Shown here: piece after piece, positions 1-7,908 of the stretch
How positions within the stretch are numbered: position 1 is the first letter of the stretch
Layout of the letters: each line of letters starts with the position of its first letter
NCBI GenBank assembly: GCA_963707935.1
Contig: CAVPRN010000005.1
Span: forward strand, 1,426,837-1,490,836
Length of the DNA stretch: 64,000 nt
DNA from: an uncultured Acidobacteriota bacterium
GTDB taxonomy: Bacteria; Acidobacteriota; Thermoanaerobaculia; UBA5066; Gp7-AA6
Direction of reading: 5' to 3'
Translations under genes and position numbers: made by a program
The notes under the pieces: generated by a model
The model's input: only the letters and a program-made list of their open reading frames with translations
The model's database searches: none
What the model was told of the DNA's origin: nothing

Positions 1-409
1 GGTGATCGCCGGCCAGCACGCCGAGACCGCCGGCGTAGATCGGCAGCACCTCGGTCAAGCCGAACTCCGCGGAGAAGTAGGCGACGCGGTCGCCCGAATC
101 CGAGAGAGCGCGGATCGAGGGGTGCGCCGGCTGGGCGTCGTCCTCGAGGCCGATCTCCGACTGGACGGCCGAGAGGAGAGTCAGGAACGATCGGTCTTCG
201 GCGAGCCGCCGCAGGCGCTCCTCCGGGCAGTCGGCCAGAAGCGCCACCGGGTTGCCCCCGGTTCTCTCCCAGCCGTCGGGGTCGAGAGACTGGAAGAGCG
301 CGCGAAGAGAGGGGCGCCAGGTCCAGCGCAAGTCGCGTGCCAGAGTGTCGAGAGACCGGAGGTTCTCGGGCAACGGCCGAGCCGGAGGATGGATCCCGAG
401 AAGTCGCAT
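1..409 (-). CDS. glgP: alpha-glucan phosphorylase (GlgP family), 5' part only; the gene runs off the left edge
   Basis: My own minus-strand translation from the ATG at 409 reads MRLLGIHPPARPLPENLRSLDTLARDLRWTWRP...RVAYFSAEFGLTEVLPIYAGGLGVLAGDH. This is paralogous to the N-terminus of the complete copy at 51758..53458 (AYFSMEVG..LPIYSGGLGVLAGD). It is absent from the ORF track because it is open at the window edge. Confidence 0.8.
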   Translation of the reverse strand, partial: MRLLGIHPPARPLPENLRSLDTLARDLRWTWRPSLRALFQSLDPDGWERTGGNPVALLADCPEERLRRLAEDRSFLTLLSAVQSEIGLEDDAQPAHPSIRALSDSGDRVAYFSAEFGLTEVLPIYAGGLGVLAGDH

Positions 410-477
410 GGGGCGGGAAACAAGGATAGCAGAACCGGCGGTGCGCCGCGGCTCCGACGACCCCTGGAAGCCGAATC

Positions 478-493
478 TGATGCAAGCGCCTCA
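478..493. promoter_or_regulatory. class A palindrome site (TGATGCAAGCGCCTCA), in the divergent glgP/hsp20 promoter region
   Basis: One mismatch to TGAT-N8-ATCA. Its centre is about 62 nt upstream of the hsp20 ATG and about 76 nt upstream of the glgP ATG. It belongs to the recurring motif family described in the findings. Confidence 0.45.
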
Positions 494-547
494 TGGAGAA
501 ATCCGCGGCGCGGGGGAAACTCACGTCGTGAAAGCAAGGAGGACGTC

Positions 548-1045
548 ATGAATTTCAACCTGATCCGTCGCGAACCGACGTATCCCGCGTATCCGTTCTT
601 TCGTCCGTTCGGGGAGCAGCCCTATTTCCGTGAAATGGAGGAGATGTCCGATCGCCTGAACCGCCTCTTCGCGTACCCGCGTCCTTACGAGAAGGAAGCT
701 TTGAAGCTGGCGGAGTGGTCGCCGGTAGTCGACATCCAGGAGACGGAAACCGAGTACCTGGTGAAGGCCGAGCTTCCGGAGGTCCTGAAGGAGAACGTCA
801 AGGTCACCGTCGAGAATGGCGTCCTGACGATTCAGGGAGAGAGGAAGCAGGAGAAGGAGGAGAAGGGCAAGAAGTTCCACCGCATCGAGCGCTCCTACGG
901 CACGTTCCTCCGGACCTTCACGGTCCCCGAGGAAGTGGAAGCGACGAAGGTGGCGGCGGACTTCAAGGACGGCGTGCTCCGGATCCGCCTGCCCAAGACG
1001 GAGAAGCCCCGGACCAAGGCCATCGAGGTGAAGGTGGCCTCGTAA
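548..1045 (+). CDS. Hsp20/alpha-crystallin family small heat-shock protein
   Basis: 165 aa. Alpha-crystallin domain: WSPVVDIQETETEYLVKAELPEV..GVLTIQGER..ERSYGTFLRTFTVPE..DGVLRIRLPK. AAGGAGG lies 7 nt upstream of the ATG. Confidence 0.93.
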   Translation: MNFNLIRREPTYPAYPFFRPFGEQPYFREMEEMSDRLNRLFAYPRPYEKEALKLAEWSPVVDIQETETEYLVKAELPEVLKENVKVTVENGVLTIQGERKQEKEEKGKKFHRIERSYGTFLRTFTVPEEVEATKVAADFKDGVLRIRLPKTEKPRTKAIEVKVAS

Positions 1046-1515
1046 CTCCCCTCTCGGGGAGTCGGCCGCCGCACGGCGGCCTCGAAGCGGCCGGGTTCGC
1101 CCGGCCGCTTCCCTTTTCCTGGGTCACGCCGACGACGACGTTCGCGCCGAGCAGCTCGCTCGCAGTAGCGCGCCAGGTCCTCGTTGGAGAACTCGTCCCA
1201 GCCGCGGCAGGCGCCGTGCCGGACGGTCTGCGCGTCGCAGGCGAGTCCCACCCGGCACCGGACCTGCTCGGCGAGCTGCCAGAGGTTGGCGAGCTCCTCC
1301 ATCTGCGGCCGGGACAGGTGGGTGCTGCGGCCAAGCGCGTTCTTCCAGCGCCGATCGAACTCGGAGTCGGGCCAGCGGCGGAAGCCGCGGCAGAAGATCC
1401 CCTGCTCGGCGGCGATCTGGCACATCGAGTGCTCGTCGTCGGTGAGCCGGCGCAGTGCGTCTCGAAGGCGGTCGATCGCGTCGCGCCTCGACCAGACCGG
1501 CACCTGCCCGCTCAT
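895..1515 (-). CDS. conserved 5-Cys hypothetical protein, paralog of 32872..33276
   Basis: MSGQVPVWSRRDAIDRLRDALRRLTDDEHSMCQIAAEQGIFCRGFRRW...ACDAQTVRHGACRGWDEFSNEDLARYCERA aligns without gaps to the protein at 32872..33276. The ATG at 1515 overlaps the upstream stop (ATGA). The ORF closes only at 895, antisense through the hsp20 3' end and its terminator hairpins, so the true C-terminus is doubtful. Confidence 0.55.
   Translation of the reverse strand: MSGQVPVWSRRDAIDRLRDALRRLTDDEHSMCQIAAEQGIFCRGFRRWPDSEFDRRWKNALGRSTHLSRPQMEELANLWQLAEQVRCRVGLACDAQTVRHGACRGWDEFSNEDLARYCERAARRERRRRRDPGKGKRPGEPGRFEAAVRRPTPREGSYEATFTSMALVRGFSVLGRRIRSTPSLKSAATFVASTSSGTVKVRRNVP
1087..1119 (+). terminator. putative intrinsic terminator of hsp20
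   Basis: GCGGCCGGG-TTCG-CCCGGCCGC stem-loop followed by TTCCCTTTTCC. Two shorter hairpins (1045..1062 and 1064..1081) sit directly after the TAA stop. Confidence 0.5.
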
Positions 1516-2079
1516 GCCGCGGGTTCCGAGGGGCGCGCCGCCGGGCGCAGCGGATCGTCCAGCACGAGGTCGGGGAAACGGGCCCGGAACGACAGGGCGA
1601 CGTGGCAGCTCCAGCAGATCCGGTGGTGCGTCTCGAGAAGAGCGGGGAGCGACTCGGCGGCGATCTCCTCCCACTCCAGGGTCCGGCGGTCCGGCCCCAT
1701 CAGAGCGGGCCTGTGCTCGGTCCATCGGATCTCGCCGATGTCGCGGCCGCAGAGCTCGCAGTGGGCTCCCTCGTACCATCGGGCGAGGCGGCTTGCGGAC
1801 GAGACAGTCCTCGGGAGCTTCGACTTGCGCCAGACACTCCTGCCCGCAGTCGGAGCGCTCGGGCCAGCGAGAGCAGGACTGGAGGCGCGGCTCCGGCGTC
1901 CCCGACGATGTCGGTCGCGGCCGGCGCATGGCGTCGAGCTCGACGGCGACGGGCCTTCCCGTCTCGGGGCACGTCAGAACTCCCTTGCCCCGGTACCTGC
2001 GGTAGGAGCGCAGCCCGATCCAGAGGAGCGGAATCAACGACAGGACGAAGGCCGCCGCGAAGAGAAGAACGATTCGCAT
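1512..2079 (-). pseudogene. membrane-anchored multi-Cys (zinc-ribbon-like) hypothetical protein; frame broken once near 1785-1795
   Basis: The N-terminal frame reads MRIVLLFAAAFVLSLIPLLWIG..VLTCPETGRPVAVELDA..CSRWPERSDCGQECLAQVEAPEDCLVR. It continues in another frame as ARWYEGAHCELCGRDIGEIRWTEHRPALMGPDRRTLEWEEIAAESLPALLETHHRICWSCHVALSF. AAGGAGG precedes the ATG at 2079. The length is 568 nt, which is not a multiple of 3. Confidence 0.6.
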
Positions 2080-2127
2080 GACCGCCTCCTTCACCCGCTA
2101 CTGTAGGGAGGCGGCCGGCCTCCGCCA

Positions 2128-2143
2128 TGATGCAAGCGAATCA
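2128..2143. promoter_or_regulatory. class A palindrome site (TGATGCAAGCGAATCA)
   Basis: Exact TGAT-N8-ATCA and identical to the site at 51430. Its centre is about 56 nt upstream of the ATG at 2079. It generates the spurious 'MMQAN' ORF at 2127..2327. Confidence 0.55.
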
Positions 2144-2167
2144 GTTCGAACGGCTCCGACGCGGTCC

Positions 2168-2819
2168 CTACCAGCCGAGTCCGGCGACCACGAGGCCGAC
2201 CGCGGCGATCACGCTCCCGGCCGCCGCGTCGCCGTACCGGTCGAGCCAGGCGGCGGAGAGGGTCTTCGCGCCGGCGCGCGCGGGGAGCACGAGCAGGACC
2301 ATCGTGCCGATCGTGGCGAGCTCATAGAGAAGCACGATCGCCGCCGTGGGAGCCGCGCCGAGCGGCGCCGCGGCAAAGAGGATCGGGATCACCGCCACGC
2401 ACGGGTCCGCCGAGAAGAGCAGGAAGAGGGTCCAGGCGGTGGTGCGAGGACGAGTCGTGGACGTGGTCGTAACGCGTGTGGGCGTGGCCATGCAGCTTCC
2501 GGCCGGCCGCCCGGCGAAGGCCCCAGATTCCGTACGCGAGGCCGAATCCGACCAGAAGGACGCCGGCCGCCGCCTCCATCCGCGCGCCGAGCGTCTTCAC
2601 CATCTCCAGCCCCAGCCAGAGCCCCGCCAGGCCGAGCAGGGCGGAGACCGTGACGTGCCCGACGCCGCAGGCGAGCGTGATGCGCGCGGTGCGGCCCGCA
2701 GACCATCCGCGCGCTCGAGCCAGCGCCGCGAAGGGGACCCAGTGGTCGGGAGCGAGCGTGTGGAGACTTCCGACCGTGACGGCCGCGACGGCCAGCGCCC
2801 CGAAGAGGCCACCGCTCAT
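2168..2819 (-). pseudogene. nickel/cobalt transporter-like membrane protein (NicO/RcnA- or HupE/UreJ-like); frame broken near 2440
   Basis: MSGGLFGALAVAAVTVGSLHTLAPDHWVPF..., then a His-rich loop HGHAHTRYDHVHD, then a second frame (TAWTLFLLFSADPCVAVIPILFAAAPLG...VVAGLGW). The ATG at 2819 overlaps the hypB stop (ATGA). The length is 652 nt. Confidence 0.55.
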
Positions 2820-3541
2820 GACGCCACCGGGACTCGTTCCATCGCCGCGGCCTCCCGGGAGGGGCGCCGCGCCTCGAGCCAGGCGCACCATCGGGCCAAC
2901 CCCTCTCCGGTCCGCGCGGAGACCGGCAGCAGGGCGGGCTTCGGATTCACGCGCGCGAGCGCGTCGCGGATCGCCTCGACGCGCACGTCGGGCAGATGCG
3001 GCAGCAGGTCGATCTTGGTCAGAAGCACGAGGTCCGCCTTGCGAAACATGACCGGATACTTCAATGGCTTGTCCTCTCCTTCCGTGACGGAGAGGGCGAC
3101 GACGTTGGCCGCCTGGCCGAGATCGTAGATTGCGGGGCAGACCAGGTTGCCGACATTCTCGATGAAGAGGTAGTCGAGGTCCTGCCACGGAAAGTCGTGC
3201 AGAGCGCGGTGGACGAGCTCCGCGTCCAGGTGACAGGCGGAGCCGGTCGTGATCGGCACCGACGGAATTCCCGCCGCCTCGAGCCGCTCGGCGTCCCGGG
3301 TGGTCTCGAGATCCCCCGCCAGAGCCCCCAGGCGCGCGCCTCGGGGCAGGCGGCGCGCGGTCGCCTCCAGGATCGCGGTCTTACCCGCGCCCGGCGAGCC
3401 CATCAGGTTGACGGCGACGACGCTCCACTTCTCGAAGTGCTCCCGGTTATGCGCCGCCGTGCGATCGTTGCCCGCCAGGATCCGGTCGTGCACGTCGATC
3501 GGAACCAGCTCCGGGTCTCCGCAGCCACAGGTGCCACACAT
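2816..3541 (-). CDS. hypB: hydrogenase nickel incorporation GTPase HypB
   Basis: 241 aa. N-terminal MCGTCGCG metal motif, P-loop GSPGAGKT, ENVGNLVCP and LTKIDL. The start overlaps the hypA stop (TGATG). Confidence 0.93.
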   Translation of the reverse strand: MCGTCGCGDPELVPIDVHDRILAGNDRTAAHNREHFEKWSVVAVNLMGSPGAGKTAILEATARRLPRGARLGALAGDLETTRDAERLEAAGIPSVPITTGSACHLDAELVHRALHDFPWQDLDYLFIENVGNLVCPAIYDLGQAANVVALSVTEGEDKPLKYPVMFRKADLVLLTKIDLLPHLPDVRVEAIRDALARVNPKPALLPVSARTGEGLARWCAWLEARRPSREAAAMERVPVAS

Positions 3542-3882
3542 CACGCCACCTCCATTTCGACTCGCTCCAGAACGATCTCGTCTCCCGCGGAAAGCCGCGC
3601 CCTCCCGCCGCAGCGCGGGCACTCGAGGATGGCCCCCCGGGGGATCGACTGGCGGCACTCGGCGCAGTCCCAGCGCGCCGCGACCGGCAGGATCGTCAGC
3701 TTCGCTCCGGCGCAAATCGTCCGCTCCCGAAAAGTCTCGTAGGCCGTCGCGAGCAGGTCGGGCTCCACTCCCGAGAGCTCGCCGATCGAAACGAGGACGC
3801 CGTGAACCGCCCTCGCCTGGCGCTCGCGCGCCAGTTCCTCGATCCTCTCGAGGAGCGCGCCGACGATCGAGTACTCGTGCAT
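3541..3882 (-). CDS. hypA: hydrogenase maturation nickel metallochaperone HypA
   Basis: 113 aa. MHEYSIV N-terminus and Zn motif CAECRQ...CPRCGG. Confidence 0.92.
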   Translation of the reverse strand: MHEYSIVGALLERIEELARERQARAVHGVLVSIGELSGVEPDLLATAYETFRERTICAGAKLTILPVAARWDCAECRQSIPRGAILECPRCGGRARLSAGDEIVLERVEMEVA

Positions 3883-3887
3883 CCGCC

Positions 3888-4719
3888 TCACCTCTCCCCG
3901 AAGCGCGCGGGCCGGCGCTCGAAGAAGCCCGCGAGCCCTTCGGCGAAGTCGGATCGGTCGGCGATTCGGGCGAGCTCCTCGAGCTCCCGGTCGAGATGCC
4001 AGTCGAGGCGGTCGACACCGGCCGCCTGATGGACGAGCCGCTTGGCGACCCCGTAGGCCTCCGTGGGACCCTCCGCCAGCTGCCGGGCGACGCCGAGCAC
4101 GTCCTCGCGAAAGGTCTCTTGCGGAAAGACCTCGTTGATCAGGCCGATCTCGAGCGCCTTCGAGGCGTCGAGACGGGGATTTCGAAGCACGAGCTCGAGC
4201 GCCCGGCGCAGTCCGAGCAGGCGCGGCAGGAAGAAGGTCGAGCTCTCGGCTCCGGTCAGCCCCGTCTTGCCGTAGGCCCATTCGAAGCTCGCCCGCGGCG
4301 ACGCGTAGACCAGATCGCAGGCCATGGCGATCCCGAAGCCTCCGGCCGCGGCCATCCCGTCCACGGCGGCGAGAAAGGGCTTGGGCGCCCGCTTGATCTC
4401 GGAGATCGTCGAATGGATGTACTCGAGGATCTGCCGGAAGACCTCGCCGTAGCCTCCCGGCGCGTCGCGGTGGGCCTGCAGGTAGGAGAGCTCGGTTCCC
4501 TCGCCCCCGGCGCGGATGTACTTCAAGTCGGCGCCGCTGCAGAAAACGCCCCCGGCTCCGGCGAGCACGACCGCAGCGCACCTCGGGATCGCGCGCGCAT
4601 TGGAGCCCCGCCTTCCGGAAGTCGCGCGCCGTCTCGACGTCGAGAGCGTTGTACCGCTCGCGCCGGTCGATCGTGATCGTCGCGACTCCGCCCTCGCGTT
4701 CGAGGCGGATGTGGCTCAC
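3888..4719 (-). pseudogene. enoyl-CoA hydratase/isomerase (crotonase) fold protein, candidate HypX C-terminal module; frame broken near 4570
   Basis: VSHIRLEREGGVATITIDRRERYNALDVETARDFRKAGLQCARDPEVRC | VVLAGAGGVFCSGADLKYI...AAVDGMAAAGGFGIAMACDLVYA...FEWAYGKTGL. The GTG at 4719 overlaps the upstream stop (GTGA). The length is 832 nt. Confidence 0.7.
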
Positions 4720-5427
4720 GAAGCGGCCTCCGAAACCCGTTCGAGGGCCGGCGCGCCGGCGATTTGGGCGATCGCGTCGGTGAGCAGCGGGCCCCAGGCC
4801 GTCGCGAGCATCCACTCCTGGTGCGCGTAGGCGTAGGCGTTCAGAGCGTGCTCCGCTCCCGCCGCCGAGAGCTCCACGGCGAGCGGCGCAACCGGATAGG
4901 GCCGCGAGCGCCGGAGGATCGGTCCCGCGTCGAGCTCGTCGGTGACCCGGTGCGAAGTCGCGCGGGTCTCTGGCTCCCCGGCGCGAATCGCGTCGCGCAC
5001 CGCGCGAAGACCCGGATAGAGCGGCCGCCCGTCCGGCCCGCGCCGCGAGAGGTCGCTCCCGTGGACGTTGACGAGGCGTCCGCGCGTAGGCCTCGAGGAG
5101 CGGCTCGGTGGCGATGTAAAGATAACTTGACATCAGCAGGAGGTCCGGCCGCAACGGCGCGAGCAGGCGCACCGTGCGGCGGTCGAAGGCGCGGCGGACC
5201 GCGAGGTCGGCGAGCCCCGCATGCTGCCAGGCGTAGAAGCGGCGGATGAGATTGGGAACGACCGGCACACCCGCCGCGTCCAGCCGCGGATCGAAGAATC
5301 CCTCTTCGGTCGAGAGCACGCCGACGAGCTCGAAGGAGCCGCCGTGCCCGTCGAGCAGCTCCGCGAGGCCCGGCGCCCGCCGCGACGTCAGAAGGGCGAC
5401 CCGCAGGGGGGCGCGTGCGTTCAGCAT
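4716..5427 (-). pseudogene. formyltransferase-like protein (PurN/Fmt fold), candidate HypX N-terminal module; frame broken near 5075-5085
   Basis: MLNARAPLRVALLTSRRAPGLAELL...DLLLMSSYLYIATEPLLEAY | LVNVHGSDL...TSHRVTDELDAGPIL. The N/H/D formyltransferase signature (VNVHGS ... DAGPIL) is present. The ATG at 5427 overlaps the hypE stop. The length is 712 nt. Confidence 0.65.
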
Positions 5428-6467
5428 ATGCGCGGAAGCGGCTCGCCCTCGGGCTCGGCGAGCAGACGCCGGCCGAAGCCGGTGTCCAGAATGACGTTGC
5501 CCGGCCTCTCGGCGAGACAGGTCCCCACGATCGCGGCCTCGCGCCCCTGCGGGTGGGAGCGCAGCGCCTCGAGCACGCTCTCGGCGGCCTCCGGCCGCAC
5601 GCCGAGCACGGCCTTCCCTTCGTTGGCGACGTGGATCGGATCGATGCCGGTCAGCTCCGCCGCCGCCCGCACCGCCTCGGTCACGGGGATGGCGGACTCT
5701 TCCAGCAGGATTCCGACGCCGCTCTTGCCCGCCATCTCGTGGAGCGCCGAGGAGAGGCCGCCGCGCGTCGGGTCCTTCATGGCGACGACGCCTCCGTCCC
5801 GGGCGCCGAGCGCCGCGCGGACCAGGCCGTTGATCGGAGCGACGTCGGAGGCGAGGTCCCCCTCGAGCTCGAGCCCGTGCCGCGCCGAGAGGATCGCGAA
5901 GCCGTGGTCCCCGATCGTGCCGGTGACCAGAATGCGGTCGCCCGGTCGCAAGTCCCGCGTCGGGGACGACGCGGTCGGTCAGGGCGACACCGGCCGTGTT
6001 CAGGACGATCCCGTCGATCTCGCCGCGCCCCATGACCTTCGTGTCGCCCGTGACGACCGGAGCGCCGGCCTCGCGGCAGGCGAGGCGCATCGACTCCGGA
6101 GAATCCGCTCGAGGTCGGGCCTGCGGGAAATCCGTCCTCGAGGATCACGGCGCAGGTCAGGCCCAGGACCTCGGTCGCGCCCATCATCGCGAGGTCGTTG
6201 ACCGTGCCCGAGACCGCGAGCCGCCCGATGTCTCCGCCCGGGAAGAAGATCGGGTGCACGACGTGGGAGTCGGTCGTCAGGACCAGCCATCGGTCGCCGA
6301 GACGCATCGCGGCGCCGTCGTCCATCGCGGCGAGGCCGATCCCGTCCGGAGGCGCCGGCGCGGCGAAGCCCCGGAGGAAGACCTCCTCGATCAGTCGGCG
6401 CATCGCCCGACCGCCGGCGCCCTGCTTCAGGGAGACGCGTTCGACCAGCGGTTCCTTCGCGAGGCAT
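5421..6467 (-). pseudogene. hypE: hydrogenase maturation carbamoyl dehydratase HypE; at least 3 frame breaks (about 6125, 6095 and 5950); start uncertain
   Basis: Segments lie in three frames: VSLKQGAGGRAMRRLIEEVFL..TDSHVVHPIFFPGGDIGRLAVSGTVNDLAMMGA..AVILEDGFP | PDLERILRS | MRLACREAGAPVVTGDTKVMGRGEIDGIVLNTAGVA | GDRILVTGTIGDHG...EGEPLPRIC. The last segment carries the C-terminal PRIC motif. Confidence 0.88.
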
Positions 6468-6469
6468 GC

Positions 6470-7618
6470 TCACGCGAGCGCCTCCAGATCCGGATGCCCG
6501 CCGTACTGGTGCCAGATCTTGCAGGTTCCCTCGGAGGACACCATGCAGGCGCCGACCGGGTTGTCCGGGACGCATTCCTTCCCGAAGAGCGTGCAGTCGG
6601 AGGGAGACGCGATGCCCGACATGATGTCGCCGCAGATGCAGCTCGCGACGAGCGTGGGCGGCCCGTAGTCCCACAGCCCCGCCAGGTCGATCGGGAAGCG
6701 CCGGCGCGCGTCGAGGTGCGCCCATTCCTCGCGCAGGCGCAGGTTGCCGTTGGGCACGTGAGCGATGCCGCGCCAGCGTCCTCCGACCGGCCGGAAGACG
6801 CTCCAGAGCTCCTCCTGCGCCCGACGGTTCCCCTCGCGTGTGACGCAGCGCGGGAACATGTTGACGACGCGCGGCGTGCGGTCGCGCACGAGCTCGAGCA
6901 GCCTCGCGAGTCCCGCCAGGATGTCGAGCGGCTCGAATCCGGCGACGACGACCGGGATCCCGTGGCGCGCGACGAACGGCTCGAAGATCCCCCAGCCCGT
7001 GATCGTGGCGGCGTGGCCGGCGGCGAGGAACCCCTCGACGCGCGTCTCGGGCATCTCCGCCACGATCTCCATGACCGGCGGGATGTACTTGTGCGCCGAG
7101 AGGACCGAGAAATTCTCCGGGACGGGGCCGCGCACGACGGCGGCGGTCGCGACGGCCGTCGTCTCGAAGCCGGTCGCGAAGAAGACGACGGGCTTCTCCG
7201 TCGCCGCGGGCGATCTCCACGGCCTGGGCGGCGCTGTAGACGACGCGCACGTCGGCCCCCTCGGCCTGCGCGTCGGCGAGCGACTGCACGGTGCCGCGCA
7301 CCTTCACCATGTCGCCGTAGGTCGCGATCGTCACTCCCTGGCGGGCGAGGACGACGCCTTCGTCGACTTCCGGCATGTCGGTGATGCAGACCGGGCAGCC
7401 CGGGGCCCATGATCACGTTCAGGTCCTTCGGAAACGACGCGCGCAGCCCGAACTTGGCGATCGCCTGCTCGTGGCTGCCGCAGACGTGCATCACCGAGAC
7501 CGGCGATCGGCCGATTTCTCCGGTCACCCGGGCGATCGTGCTCGGCGAGCCCGCGCGCCAGCCCCGGATCCCGGAAGCGCAGCTTCCCCAGAGAATCCCG
7601 CGAGAGAATCGGGCTCAC
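6470..7618 (-). pseudogene. hypD: hydrogenase maturation factor HypD; 3 frame breaks (about 7530, 7395 and 7190)
   Basis: Segments: MSPILSRDSLGKLRFRD | SPVSVMHVCGSHEQAIAKFGL..NVIMGPG | MPEVDEGVVLARQGVTIATYGDMVKVRG..VVYSAAQAVEIA | SVLSAHKYIPPVMEIV..GFEPLDIL..ACMVSSEGTCKIW. The GTG start overlaps a TGA (GTGA). Confidence 0.9.
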
Positions 7619-7908
7619 GACGGCTCCCTCCCGCGCCGTCGCCTTCGATCTCTCCCCGGACGTCCGCGGCCATCAAGTCGTCCTTCGACGCTTCGGCGAG
7701 CAGGGTCTCGTAGAGCGCCAGCGTCTCGCCGATCTCCTCCGGCGGGATCCGCCGGATCGCGAAGCCGACGTGGTTCAGGATGTAGTCGCCCGCCTCGACG
7801 GGCTGGTCCACCACGTCCAGGCGCACGCGGCGGGACACGCCGAAGAAGTCGACCGTCGCGATACAGTCCCTCGACCGACACGACGCGGCCCGGCACGCCG
7901 AGGCACAT
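7615..7908 (-). pseudogene. hypC: hydrogenase assembly chaperone HypC; frame break near 7865; 3' end ambiguous (stop at 7615 or 7524)
   Basis: MCLGVPGRVVSVEG | IATVDFFGVSRRVRLDVVDQPVEAGDYILNHVGFAIRRIPPEEIGETLALYETLL. The ATG at 7908 overlaps the hypF stop. Confidence 0.8.

Noticed and set aside
2127-2327. ORFs 2127..2327 and 51430..51807 share the N-terminus MMQAN and look like a repeated small gene.
   Set aside because: The shared residues are just the translation of the identical 16-bp palindrome TGATGCAAGCGAATCA. The downstream sequences are unrelated, and the first ORF overlaps the antisense strand of the Ni transporter gene.
3541-6090. An 849-aa ORF appears to be a giant fusion protein spanning hypA to hypE.
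   Set aside because: It is a chimera of real segments (hypA, the crotonase N-terminus, the formyltransferase N-terminus and part of hypE). Out-of-frame read-through joins them, and real gene boundaries with start/stop overlaps are visible.
7524-7838. A 104-aa ORF could be the complete hypC, overlapping hypD by 94 nt.
   Set aside because: It lacks the obligatory MCLG/MCxxxP N-terminus, which is found in another frame at 7908. The tail after about 7640 is low-complexity. I prefer a frameshifted hypC from 7908 whose exact 3' end is unresolved.
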